A stretch of 64,000 nucleotides of DNA from Octopus sinensis (GCF_006345805.1 NC_043021.1:22010001-22074000); one strand, 5' to 3'. Positions 12,295 to 24,955 are shown, counted from the first letter of the stretch. Program-made: numbers and translations. Notes: generated from the letters alone by a model not told the origin.

Positions 12295-13092
12295 CTGAGT
12301 CGAGTAAAATCAAAATCAAATGGAGATTGCAGTTGTGGCCGATGCCAGTGCTGCTTGACCGACTCCCGTGCTGGTGGCACGCAAAAACTACTATGCAAGT
12401 GTGGGTCGTTGTCAGTGTCACTTGACTAGCTCCCCATGCCAGTGGCATGTAAAAAGCACCATGCCAGCCTCTCTGCGCTGACTGGTTCCTGTTCCAGTCG
12501 CGTGTAAAAGGCACCATCCGAACGTGGCTGATGCCAGTGCCGCCTGACTAGCTCCCATGTTGGTGGCACACAATAAGCACCATGCAAGTATAGGTCATTG
12601 TCAGTGCTACCTGATTGGCTCCCCATGCCGGTGGCACGTATAAAGCACCATTCGAGTGTGATCATTGCCAGCATCATCATACTGGCACATGTGCTGGTGG
12701 CACATGAAAAACAACCATCCAAACATGGTCAGTGCCAGCCTCTCTGCCCTGACTGGTTCCTGTGCCAGTAGCATGTAAAAGGCACCATCTGAACGTGGCT
12801 GATGCCAGTGCCGCCTGACTGGCTCCCATGCTGGTGGCACACAATAAGCACCATGCAAGCATAGGTCATTGTCAGTGCTGCCTGACTGGCTCCCCATGCC
12901 GGTGGCACATAAAAAGCACCCACTATACCTTCAGAGTGATTGGCGTTAGGAAGGGCATCCAGCTGTAGAAACACTGCCAGATCAGATTGGAGCCTGGTGC
13001 GGCCATCTGGCTTGCCGGTCCCCAGTCAAACCATCCAACCCATGCCAGCATGGTAAACAGACGTTAAAGGATAATGATGATGATGATGATGA
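12295..13092 (+). mobile_element. RTE 3'UTR copy with internal tandem modules
   Basis: Repeated ggtggcac..aaaagcacc modules, then ttggcgttaggaagggcatccagctgtagaaa and a (GAT)n tail. Confidence 0.8.
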
Positions 13093-13871
13093 TATTCAGT
13101 GGCCACTCCAGCACTCGAGCTGTTTGGACTTAGCCCAAGTATAATTTAGTGAAGTGAATGTGTATTTGGAAGTTGATTTCATTTCTGCCAACATGGACTT
13201 CAACTATGTAATTCCAGCCAATAACTTGGACTCCTTTTATTGAATCTGGTTGCAGTTCATTTATTTTTCTATCTAGCACTATGTTTTTCTCCATTTCTAA
13301 GTCAAGGGTAAAAATAAACCACTCCTGCAAAACACAACTGATCTTTATACACAGACTTTATACACAATAACTGCAATGAAATAACGACAGCAGAATGCAC
13401 AATAAATATCAATGATTTGATTGTCACCTATACTCTTGATAAAAGATGTCAGTTCCACTGCATAGCACCTTGAGCAAGTGTCTTCTGCTACAGCCTCCGG
13501 CTGCCCAATGTGGTTGGCATATGGAAGGGCACGCAGCCATAGTAACCATGCCAAAGCAGATATTGAACCTGGGGAGCTCTTCAGCTGCTCAGACCCTGTC
13601 AGACCACCCAGCCCATGCCAACGTGGAAAATGGACATTAAATGATGATGATCTGGAAATAGTCAGATGGAGCAAGTCCAGGAGAATAAGGATGATGATGC
13701 AAGACTTCCATATTTAGTGCCATAATCTTTTCCTGGTTTTCTTGGTAATATGTAGTCTCAAGAGTAACCCTTCCCCTTGAAGGGTACTTTTGTGGTGAAT
13801 TTTTCTAAAATCTTTCAAATGATGACAGCATACCATTGAATTAATTGCTCCATTTTTGTTTAACAGCTCAG

Positions 13872-14426
13872 TAACTGTGTGTTAAGAAGCTTGCTTCCAA
13901 ATCACATGGTTCCCGGTTCAGTTCCACTGTGTGGACCTTGGCCAAGTGTCTTCTAATAAAGCCTCAAGCTGACCAAAGTCTTGTGAGTGAATTTGATAGG
14001 TGCAAACTGGAAAAAACCCATCGTATTTATATATGTATTTATATATGTATTTATATATGTATTTATATATGTATTTATATATGTATTTATATATGTATTT
14101 ATATATGTATTTATATATGTATTTATATATGTATTTATATATGTATTTATATATGTATTTATATATGTATTTATATATGTATTTATATATGTATTTATAT
14201 ATATGTATTTATATATGTATTTATATATGTATTCATGTGTGTATGTGTCTGTTTACCTCCCACCATCACTTGAAAACTAATGTTGGAGTGGACATTCGCC
14301 ACCCCCGACTTGGTGGTTCAGCAAAAGAGATGAATAAAATAAGTACCAAGCATAAAAAAGTAAGTACTGGGGTTGATGCATTCAGCTTAAAATTCTTCAA
14401 GGCGGTGCCCCAGCATGGCCACAGTC
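13872..14426 (+). mobile_element. SINE S1 with its internal microsatellite expanded into a 12-bp (ATTTATATATGT)n array
   Basis: S1 head and tail flank about 16-17 copies of the 12-mer at 14030-14230. Confidence 0.75.
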
Positions 14427-14431
14427 TAATG

Positions 14432-14615
14432 CAGTGCTTTTCAAACTTTTTGCTGGAGCGGAACCCCAAGGAAACATTCCACTGGCTCGAGGAACCCCTG
14501 TGCAATAATTTAATAGTCTTATGCACAGGAGAATTAAAAATTACTGCCGATGTTAGCAGTTTTGTAACTTCTTGCGGAACCCATGGACTGTACTGGCGGA
14601 ACCCTGGTTGAAAAC
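14432..14615 (+). mobile_element. hAT (Charlie-like) MITE, right end eroded
   Basis: cagtgcttttcaaac...ggttgaaaac; same family as 60213-60431. Confidence 0.7.
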
Positions 14616-14849
14616 ATGTAAAAGATAAAAGTTGAACCATCGTTGATATGCCCAGGGATATTGGTTCATTGCTGAAGAGCCATTTTTGAATTCATACATT
14701 ATGCATTGTCTGCTATGGATGTGATCAAAGCTTAAATAAAAGCCTTTAGCATTCTGTTGACTGAAATGGCTGCAGTCGAATGAGAGAAATGAATAAAAGA
14801 TAGATGTGTGTGTGTGTGTGTGTGTGTGTGTGTTGTGTGTGTTTTGTAA

Positions 14850-15510
14850 GGGGCTTGCTTCTCAACCACTTGGTTCTGGGTTCAGTCCCACTGTGTGGCA
14901 CCTTGGGAAAGTGTTTTGTATTATAACCTCAGAGCTACCAAAGCCTTGTGAGTGGATTTAGTTGACGGAAACTGAAAGAAGCCTGTCATATGTGTGTGTA
15001 TGTCTTGTATGTGTGTGTATTGTGTGTGTGTGTGTGTGTGTGAGTGTGTGTGAGTGTGTATGAGTGTGTGTGTGAGTGTATGTATGTGTGTGAGTGTGTA
15101 TGAGTGTGTGTGTGAGTGTATGTGTGTGTGTGAGTGTGTATGAGTGTGTGTGTGAGTGTATGTGTGAGTGTGTGTGAGTGTATGTGTGTGTGTGAGTGTG
15201 TATGAGTGTGTGTGTGAGTGTATGTGTGTGTGTATGAGTGTGTGTGTGAGTGTGTGTGTGTGTGAGTTACTGTGTCCTTGCCTTGTTACCATATTTCTAT
15301 GGTAAATGAATGATAGCATGATGCAAGCAGTGTCCTTCTTTCCAAATCTTCTGTGTGAACATCCCTGGCCGTGGGGGAAAATTACCTGACTTGGATATAG
15401 GTGAGGGTTGGCGACAAGAAGGGCATCCGGCTGTAGAGAATCCGCTTGGACAAAATGTGTTCGATCCGTGAAGGCAGGGAAAAGCAGATGTTAAAATGAT
15501 GATGATGGTG
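14850..15510 (+). mobile_element. SINE with S1 head/core but an RTE-type (GAT)n tail
   Basis: gggttcagtcccactgtgtggcaccttggg head, (TG/AGTG)n, then gggttggcgacaagaagggcatccggctgtag...gatgttaaaatgatgatg. Confidence 0.6.
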
Positions 15511-16075
15511 ATGGTAGAAAGAGATGGAGAATGAGAGATAGAAGGGAGATAAAGAGGAGGGGGAGTAGGGGATGGCGACAGTGTTTCTTTTATTTTGTAG
15601 TCTTCGGAGTTAACATACCTGTTGGTTATCTTAGAAACTCCAGTGAGAGAGAGAAGGAGGAGGAGGGGGGGGTGAGAAGAGAAAGAGAGAAAGGGGGAAG
15701 AAGAGAGAGTGGTGGAAAGAGAGCAACAGATGTAGAAAGCAAGATAAGCTCTACAAATGGTGATGGTTGGAGTACTGATGGTGGTGGTGGTGGTGGTGGT
15801 GGTGGTGGTGGTGGTGGTGGTGGTGGTGGTGGTGGTGGTGGTGGTGCAGGAAGAGTTGATGCAAAGATGTGGTGGAAGCAGTGGGTTGCGGGGTAGTTGT
15901 AATGAAGTGATTGACTATGGTGCTGGTGGGGCAGTTATGGCCTGAGACTAAGTTGGTGGAGGTGGTGGCGGTAAAGGTGGTAATGGTGGTGGTAGGGTTC
16001 GTTATGGCATTAGATTAAGGTGGTAATGAGGGTTGGGCTAACAGCAGTGGGTGTGGCTTAGATAATCTTGATAGT

Positions 16076-16490
16076 ATAGGAGTGGCTGTGTGGTAAGTAG
16101 CTTGCTTACCAGCCACATGTTTCCGAGTTCAGTCCCACTGCGTGGCACCTTGGGCAGGTGTCTTCTACTATAGCCTCGGGCCGACCAAAGCCTTGTGAGT
16201 GGATTTGGTAGATGGAAACTGAAAGAAGCCCGTCGTATATATGTATGTGTGTGTGTGTGTGTGTGTTTGTGTGTGTGTATGTTTGTGTGTCTGTATTTGT
16301 CCTCTCTGCATTGCTTGACAACCGATGCTGGTGTGTTTGCATCCCAGTAACTTTGCAGTTCGGCAAAAGAGACTGAGAGAATAAGTACTAAGCTTACAAA
16401 GAATAAGTCCTGGGGTCGATTTGCTTGACTAAAAGCGGTGCTCCAGCATGGCCACAGTCAAATGACTGAAGCAAGTTAAAGAGTAAAAGA
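16076..16490 (+). mobile_element. SINE S1 full-length
   Basis: Matches the S1 consensus from head to tail. Confidence 0.85.
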
Positions 16491-17079
16491 GTGGTGTTGA
16501 TGTTTTCTGGTTGTAAAGCCAGTGGTGGTGGTGGTGGCAGCAATGGTGGTACTGGTGGTGATGTTGGTGATGGTGGTGGTGGCGGTGATGATGGTGGTGG
16601 TGGCGGATGTAGTTTATGTGCTAGTTGTAGTTCTGGTAGTAGATTGATACAGTGTTAAATTGATGGTGGTGGAGGTGGTTGTGGTTATCACTTTGTCAGT
16701 GCCAGATCAGATCCTAGTGGTAGAGCTACGATCAAAGGCACTCCAGCCATGACCATTACATGTTGTTCTTATGTGTAAGTAACCCAGCAACTCATTCCTA
16801 AACATGTTCTCTTTTCTAACAATGTAGGGTGTATTTCAATGGAGATTTGACTGCTATTTCTAGCATTTCGTGCAAGCATGTAGGAGCTCCTTCACTGATC
16901 TGTGTTGAATGTCCTTGTAGTAGAAGTAATGATACAGTCTGGTTTTAGGGGAAAGCTGGCTGCTATTTCTAGCATTTTGAGAGAGTATATGAAAGTTCCT
17001 TCATTTATGTGTTTTAGATGTCCTTGTAGTAGTAATAATGGTAAGGCATGATTAGAGGAGATTTGGTTGTTATTTCTTA

Positions 17080-17280
17080 TTTCTTTACTGCCCATAGAGG
17101 GGACAAACGGATTAAGTCGATTATATCGACCCCGGTGTGTAACTGGTACTTATTTAATTGATTCCGAAAGGATGAAAGGCAAAGTCGACCTCGGCAGAAT
17201 TTGAACCCAGAACGTAGCGGCAGATGAAATACCGCTGAGCATTTCGCCTGGTATGCTAACATTTCTGCCAGCTTGCGGCC
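17080..17280 (-). mobile_element. SINE S2
   Basis: ggacaaacggattaagtcgattatatcgacccc...aatttgaacccagaacg...ctgccagcttgc. Confidence 0.75.
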
Positions 17281-17855
17281 TTAAAATGAAGTGTTTTGCT
17301 CAAGAACACCACACGTTGCCTGGTCCAGGAATCGAAACCACAATCTTACAATCATGATGCTGACACTCTAACCACCAAGCCACGCGCCTCCACCTAAGTA
17401 GATTTGGTTGTTATTTCTTGCAAGTTGAGTGATCACACAGGCTTTTCTAGTGATGGTGGTGGTGGTGATGGTGGCGAAGGAAGTGCATGATTTGAGAGGG
17501 AAGGTGGGGGGGATTTGGTTGCTACTACTAGCAGCAGGCGGTAGCATGAACCGAGAGAGAGAGAGCAGGGTGTCTCAAAGAGTGTTAATAAAATTGTCTG
17601 ATAAAATGTAAATGGAACCAAAGAACATGTATTGTAATGTAATGCCAGGATTTAAGGAATTAGACATTGTCATCACTCACAGACACATCCACACACACTG
17701 ACCTCTCTCTCTCTCTCTCTCTTTCTATCTTTCACTTGCTCCCTGTCCTTCTTTTTTTCTGTTCCTCTAATTGTCGTTTTTCCTCTTCGCTTTTCTTTCG
17801 TCTATCTCTCGGAATATTTTATTGTCCTCTTTTGCTTTTTTGTTCCATTATTTTA

Positions 17856-18262
17856 TAGGCGCAGGAGTGGCTGTGTGGTAAGTAGCTTGCTAACCAACCA
17901 CATGATTCCGGGTTCGTCCACTGCGTGGCATCTTGGGCAAGTGTCTCTGCTATAGCCCGGGCCGACCAATGCCTTGTGAGTGATTTGGTAGACGGAAACT
18001 GAAGAAGCCTGTCGTATATATATATTTATATATATGTATGTGTGTGTGTGTTGTGTGTCTGTGTTGTCCCCCTAGCATTGCTTGACAACCGATGCTGGGT
18101 GGTTTACATCCCCGTCACTTAGCGGTTCGGCAAAAGAGACCGATAGAATAAGTACTGGGCTTACAAAGAATAGGTTCGGGGGTCGATTTGCTCGACTAAG
18201 GCGGTGCTCCAGCATGGCCGCAGTCAAATGACTGAAACAAGTAAAAGAGAGTGAAAGAGAGA
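17856..18262 (+). mobile_element. SINE S1 full-length
   Basis: Matches the S1 consensus. Confidence 0.85.
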
Positions 18263-18269
18263 TTTATAT

Positions 18270-18965
18270 CATCGTCGCCGTTGCCGTCGTCGTTTAACGT
18301 CCGTTTTCCAAGTTAGCATGGATTGAACGGAGGCTGCTCCAGGCTCCAATCTTGATCTAGCAGAGTTTCTACTGCTTGATGCCTTTCCTAGCACCAACCT
18401 CTCTGAGAGTGTAGTGGGTGCTTTTTACGTGCCACCGCCACAGGGGCCAGAGGAAGCTGGCAACAGCCACGATCAGTTGGTGCTATTTATGTGCTACCGG
18501 CACGGACGCCAGCCAAAGCAGCACTGGCATCGGCCACATTCGGATGGTGCTTTTTACGTGCCACCGCCACAGGGGCCAGAGGAAGCTGGCAACAGCCACG
18601 ATCAGTTGGTGCTATTTATGTGCTACCGGCACGGACGCCAGCCAAAGCAGCACTGGCATCGGCCACATTCGGATGGTGCTTTTTACGTGCCACCGACACA
18701 GGGGCCAGAGGAAGCTGGCAACAGCCACGATCAGTTGGTGCTATTTATGTGCTACCGGCACGGACGCCAGCCAAAGCAGCACTGGCATCGGCCACATTCG
18801 GATGGTGCTTTTTACGTGCCACCGACACAGGGGCCAGAGGAAGCTGGCAACAGCCACGATCAGTTGGTGCTATTTATGTGCTACCGGCACGGACGCCAGC
18901 CAAAGCAGCACTGGCATCGGCCACATTCGGATGGTGCTTTTTACGTGCCACCGACACAGGTATCA
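18270..18965 (-). mobile_element. RTE 3'UTR copy containing a 129-bp tandem array (4 units plus a partial, 18422-18960)
   Basis: tttttacgtgccacc recurs at 18422, 18551, 18680, 18809 and 18938 with near-identical units. Confidence 0.85.
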
Positions 18966-19233
18966 CAACTACTATTTCCATTTGATATTTATTTTGATGT
19001 TGATGTACTTGATTACAATGTGAGCTGCTAACCTCACTGCCATACCTGCATGTTATACGCTTACATTTTAATTGACGCTGGGTCTTCACAAGCATGACTC
19101 AAAGTTTCATATCAGTGAGGGGGGCCGGTGCGCATTGATGCCATCGAGAGGTAGGCCCCGAAATGGCGCGCATTCTCTCCTGATGACCCCATACACTTGC
19201 TAGCTTCCGGTATACGGAGCTTTTAACTGGTAG

Positions 19234-19364
19234 CACTTGCATGTGCAAGTTGTTTGCAAGACATCATGTATGAAGAAAAAGATGATGTTGAGATACTCAG
19301 TAATCGCAAGCATTTTGAACAGAACCGTATTCGTATATTGATTGTGAAAGTTTGCCTCTGGGAG
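19234..19364 (+). CDS. Candidate coding exon B: (A)LACASCLQDIMYEEKDDVEILSNRKHFEQNRIRILIVKVCLWE
   Basis: Open frame bounded by upstream TAA; acceptor ttttaactggtag| (weak), donor GAG|gtacta (moderate); phase 1 start joins exon A, phase 0 end joins exon C. Confidence 0.45.
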
Positions 19365-19664
19365 GTACTACAAAGTCTCATTAGATGTAATTAGTCTCAT
19401 TTGGAAAGGATGGTAAAATAAAATAATCCTTTGATAAAGGTTTGCCAGTTAAGGAATACGGTAATACTTTTGAAGATAACAGCATGGGAACCAATGACTG
19501 AGGAAAATATCAACATTTATACAGTAAATTTAGTAAGCATGAAACTTCAGTTTTAAAGGCAGTTTATAATCTGGTAACAGATTGGTATTATTATTATGCA
19601 ATATGGTAACTTGGTAAAATTGTTAGCACACCAGACAAAATGCCATCAAGCATTTTGGCTATAC

Positions 19665-20140
19665 TGCTTTACTTGTTTCAGTCCATTGACTGTGGCTATG
19701 CTGGAGCACCGCCTTTTAGTCGAGCAACTCGACCCCGGGACTTATTCTTTGTAAGCCTAGTACTTATACTATTGTTTTCTTTTGCCGAACCGCTAAGTGA
19801 CGGGATGTAAACACACCAGCATAGGTTGTGAAAGCAATGTTGGGAGACAAACACAGTTACATAAACATATACACACACACATACATACATGTGGCACGTT
19901 AAAAGCGCCAACTGATCGTGGCCGATGCCAGACACCCCTGGCGCCTGTGCAGGTGGCAAGTAAAAAGCACCCACTACACTTGTGGAGTGGTTGGCATTAG
20001 GAAGGGCATCCAGCTGTAGAAACACTGCCAGATCAGACTGGAGCCTGGTGCAGCCCCTGGCTTCCCAGACCCCGGTTGAACCATCCAACCCGTGCTAGCG
20101 TGGAAAACGGACGTTAAACAATGATGATGATGATGATGAT
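19665..20140. mobile_element. S1 3' half (-) followed by an RTE 3'UTR copy (+)
   Basis: Family motifs as above. Confidence 0.75.
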
Positions 20141-20342
20141 TACGGAGATGTACTTGCATAGCAAGTGATTTGATCTGAGATTGTGTGCTGGAACGTAAAC
20201 AATTGCAGCATGGAAGGTGTTTGTAAGCCATTTAAGAAACACACAAAAGCCGTTCAATTCACTTCAGCATTTAAGTTTAATTTGTCGAAATATTTTCATC
20301 GCTATAAGACCGCGACATGTTCACTGACAAAAATCCGTGCTG

Positions 20343-20376
<34 letters not shown>

Positions 20377-20649
20377 GCATACATATATATGATGGACTAC
20401 CATTATTACAAGAATCTAATGTACAAAAATGGTGAAGTTTGAAGTCATCTTAATGAAAACCATTTCTGCTCTGCACCTGCTATTGAGTACACTTTCTCCT
20501 GTTCCTAAACAGCAGCATCTATTCATTCATTCAGGTTTCAATTATCTCTTGTTGCTCTCTTTTCTACATGTGTATCGTGTGTATACATTTGGCATGTTTC
20601 TGGAAATTTATACATCAATATATATATAGGACTCCAATATATATATATG

Positions 20650-21005
20650 CCTAGGACTCCAAACCTGCCATCAAGATGTAGGACAAGATTCTGTGATAGC
20701 CTGGGCTTCCGAGGCCCACAGCTCTTCAATATCCTCCGAAGAACCTGAGAGACCTGCATGGGGGATACAGATGTCTTTAAAATGAAGCTGGATCTCTTCC
20801 TGTCAGGTGTCCCAAGATGAACCAACTTCACGGCGGAGGGGCAGATGAGGGGCAGCTGCATCGAACTCTCTCATGCACCAAATAGCAGTTGCTAGAAGCC
20901 TCCATATGAAGTGAAACCAAGTAGCAACACCAAATGGCGGTGCCCCAGCATGGCCACAGCTCATAAGCTGAAACTAGAATCAATCAATCAATCAATCAAT
21001 CAATC
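20650..21005 (+). mobile_element. CR1-type LINE 3' end (frameshifted)
   Basis: Reads ...CDSLGFRGPQLFNILP..LRDLHG..TDVFKMKLDLFLSGVP.EPT...AAASNSLMHQ across indels; 3'UTR ggcggtgccccagcatggccacagc..gctgaaac and (ATCA)n tail. Confidence 0.75.
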
Positions 21006-21311
21006 ATAGGCGTTGGAGTGGCTGTGTGGTAAGTAGCTTCCTTACGGACCACATGCTTCCAGGTTCAGTCCCACTGAGTGGCATCTTGGGCAAGTGTCTT
21101 CTACTATCACTTCAGGCTGACTAAAATCCTTGTCGGTGGATTTGATATACAGAAACTGAAAGAAGCCCGTCGTATATATGTATATATATATAAAAAATTA
21201 ATTAAGGGTAAAAATTGATATTAGTCAATTAAAACCAGTGGTCTAGCATATTAAAAAGAATTCGAAGATTAAAATATTTATATATACCAAGTCCTTAATT
21301 GGTGTATATAT

Positions 21312-23341
21312 ATGAAAGCTTTTGATAGGGTCCCCCGATCCCTTATCTGGTGGTCAATGAGGAAACTAGGGATAGATGAATGGCTGGTGAGGGACTGTGC
21401 AAGCCATGTACAGAGATGCCGTAAGTAAGGTTAGGGTTGGCAACATGTACACAGAAGAATTCAAAGTAGAGGTTGGGGGTCACCAGGGTTCAGTACTCAG
21501 CCCCCTCATATTTATCATAGTACTCCGGCAATTACGGAGGAATTCAAGACAGGCTGTCCCTGGGAGCTCCTCTACGCTGACGACCTTGCTCTTATTGCTG
21601 AGTCACTATCAGAACTGGAGGAGAAGTTCCAGGTGTGTGAAGGAGGGTTAGAATCAAGGGGCCTTAGAGTCAACCTAGCTAAAACCAAAGTACTAATAAG
21701 TAGAAAGGTAGTAGACATCCACAAATATCTTCAGGAAGATGCCCTGCTCGATCTGTAGAAAAGGTGTAGGTAGAAACTCTATAAGATGTACCCAGTGTAA
21801 GCTATGGACACATAAGAGGTGCAGCAATGTCAAAGGTAGGCTAACTGGGAAGATAGTTTTGTATGTGGCAGATGCTCGGGAGCATAACCTCCGAAAATCT
21901 GCAGAAAAACAACTTCCGTCACTTTCCAGGGGGAAAAACTAGAAGTAGTTGATAGCTTCCGTTATATAGGTGACCAAGTCAGTAGTGGGGGTGGGTGCGC
22001 TGAAAGTGTAACTGCTAGAATAAGAATAGCCTGGGCAAAGTTAGGGAGCTCTTACCTCTGCTGGTGACTAAAGGCCTCTCGCTCAGAGTAAAAGGCAGAC
22101 TGTATGATGCGTGTGTACGAACAGCCATGCTACATGGCAGCGAAACATGGGCTTGGACTGCTGAGGACATGGTAAGCTCGTGAGGAATGAAGCCAGTATG
22201 CTCCGATGGATGTGTAATGTCAGTGTACATACTCGACAGAGCGTTAGCACCTTGAGAGAAATGTTTGTACCTAAGAAGCATCAGTTGTGGTGTGCAAGAG
22301 AGACGATTGCGCTGGTATGGTCATGTGGCGAGAATGAGAATGGATGAAGATAGGTGTGTGAGAAAGTGCCAATCCCTAGCAGTTGAGGGAACCCGTGGAA
22401 GAGGTAGACCCAGGAAAACCTGGGACGAGGTGGTGAAGCACGACCTTCGAACTTTAGGCCTCACTGAGGAAATGACCAGAGACCGAGACCTTTGGAAATA
22501 TTCTGTACGTGAGAAGACCAGGCAGGACAAGTGAGCCCAGCCCACTTATGAATGCCTTTCCTCCTTTGGACACAAAGACCGGTTGAGGCAAGCGAAGTCG
22601 ATATAGAACCTCATCCGACGACAGACACCCATCCCAACCCCCCATGCTTGCGAAGACATGTGGGGCAAGCGAAATCGAAACCGAATTGAACCAGCCAGGA
22701 TCCCGGCCTGTTGGGTACGTAAAAAAGCACTACCGACTCGGGGCCGTGGCACGTAAAATACTCCAATGCGACCGTACGACAGGCACCATGCCAACCCCCT
22801 TTGCTTGTGAAGACATGTTGGGGCAAGCGAAATCGAAATCGAATTGAACCACAGGATCCTGGTCTGGTGGTACGTAAAAAGCACTATCCGACTCGTGCCG
22901 TGGCACGTAAAATACTCCAATGCGACCGTACGACAGGCACCCTTGCCAACCCCCTTTGCTTGTGAAGACATGTTGGGGCAAGCGAAATCGAATCGATTGA
23001 ACCAGCCAGGATCCCTGGTCTGGTGGTACGTAAAAAGCACTATCCGACTCGTGCCGATGCCAGCACCGCCTCGACTGGCTTCCGTGCCGGTGGCACATAA
23101 AATACCCCAATCTGACCGTGGCCGTTGCCAGCCCCGCTGGCCCTGTGCAGGTGGCACGTAAAAAGCACCCACTACACTCACGGAGTGGTTGGCGTTAGGA
23201 AGGGCATCCAGCTGTAGAAACATGCCAAATTAGACTGGAGCCTGGTGCAGCAGCCTTCTGGCTTCCCAGAACCCGGTCGAACGTCCAACCATGCTAGCAT
23301 GGAGAACGGACGTTAAACGACGATGATGATGATGATGATGA
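21312..23341 (+). mobile_element. RTE (BovB-like) LINE, 5'-truncated, frameshifted RT plus long modular 3'UTR and (GAT)n tail
   Basis: KAFDRVPRSLIWWSMRKLGIDEWLV..YRDAVSKVRVG..HQGSVLSP..LLYADDL..RGLRVNLAKTK..RRLRWYGHV..GRGRPRKTW..DRDLW; 3'UTR 22536-23341. Confidence 0.9.
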
Positions 23342-23684
23342 TATATGTATGTGTGTTTATATGTTTGTGTGTCTGTGTTTGTGTCCCCCCCCCAACATCT
23401 TTTATGTGTATGTGTGTGTGTGTTTTTCTGAAGTATCCTTTGGTTGAATGATATTCCTGTGAATTATTCTGCTAATCCGTCTGGTGAAAATTAAAGCAGC
23501 AAAATTATTTCCTTCCTGTAAAACTGCCTTTAATGATTTCATTATTCAATTTTGTATTGTGCCGCCGATACTTATGTCATTACGATGCAGATTACAAGAA
23601 CAGTATGTGTGTTATGTATATTATATATATATGTACATTTATACATATCATCATCATCATCATTGTTTAACATCTGCCTTCCAT

Positions 23685-23719
<35 letters not shown>

Positions 23720-23901
23720 ATATATATATATATAAATGTGACTTCGTGTGTACCGTTGGCAATTTTTTTTTCCTCTGTCTTTCCCTCTCTGGATCTTTCC
23801 TTCTCCTATGTTTCTGACATCCAATAATACTATATTTGTTCCACGTCCTCGCGTTGTGTTTTCTCTTTGTGTTTTCATGTTTGGATTAACCATATATATA
23901 T

Positions 23902-23932
<31 letters not shown>

Positions 23933-24485
23933 GTACAGATATTTATTTGTATATTACATGTTTTTATACATCATACATCATATATTAGTGCTTTCGTCCA
24001 TTCTAGTGGAGTTCAATTTGAAAACTCCACTAGAATGGATGAAAGTGCTAATATACGATATATGATTTATGATGTATAAAAACATGTAATATATAAATAA
24101 ATATCTGTATATATAAAACCATCTGAATTTCTGAGTACCTCATTTCTTCTAATATAAAATACCTGTACATCATCTCTAAACCTTCTAATATATATATATA
24201 TACATACAGATCAGTGCAAATGTACATATATCCACTCTCTCTCTCTATAAGATATATATATATATACATATATATATAAAATAGACGAGTGTATTTTTCC
24301 CTTGTTAACAATTAACACGGAAAAAATGTCTTATTGACGAGTTTCATTTCTTCACTTCCCTGAAGAGAAGATTACATTGTTTGACACCATTTTATTCCTT
24401 TGGAATAATATCAGTGAAATCTTCAAAACATGTGTCGGATGCAAAAGTATTTGAATTATACCTGTGTTAAACTCCATTTATTCAT

Positions 24486-24525
<40 letters not shown>

Positions 24526-24526
24526 C

Positions 24527-24955
24527 TTTTTTATCCTTTTACTTGTTTCAGTCATTTGACTGTGGCCATGCTGGATCACCACCTTTACTCGAGCACATCG
24601 ACCCCCAGGACTTATACTTTGTAAGCCTAGTACTTCTTCTATCAGTTTCTTTCGCCGAACCGCTAAGTTACAGGGACGTAACATACCAGCATTGGTTGTC
24701 AAGCAATGTTGGGGGGACAAACACAGGCACACAAACATATGCACCACCACATAAAAATATATATATATATATATATATATATACGACAGGCTTTCTTCAG
24801 TTTCCATCTACTAAATCCACAGATCCACTCACAAGGCTTTGGTCGGCCTGAGGCTGTAGTAGAAGACACTTGGCCATGGTGCCATGCAGTGGGACTGAAC
24901 CTGGAACCATGTAGTTCATAAGCAAGCTACTTACCACACAGTCACTCCTGCATCT
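24527..24955 (-). mobile_element. SINE S1 full-length
   Basis: Reverse complement of the S1 consensus. Confidence 0.8.

Noticed and set aside
13130-13324. Minus-strand 65-codon ORF after a good acceptor (EWFIFTLDLEMEK...)
   Set aside because: It ends in a stop with no canonical donor, is antisense to the better-supported exons, and has no recognisable homology.
15779-15846. (GGT)n G-quadruplex-prone tract
   Set aside because: An ordinary microsatellite in a window full of them; no contextual support for function.
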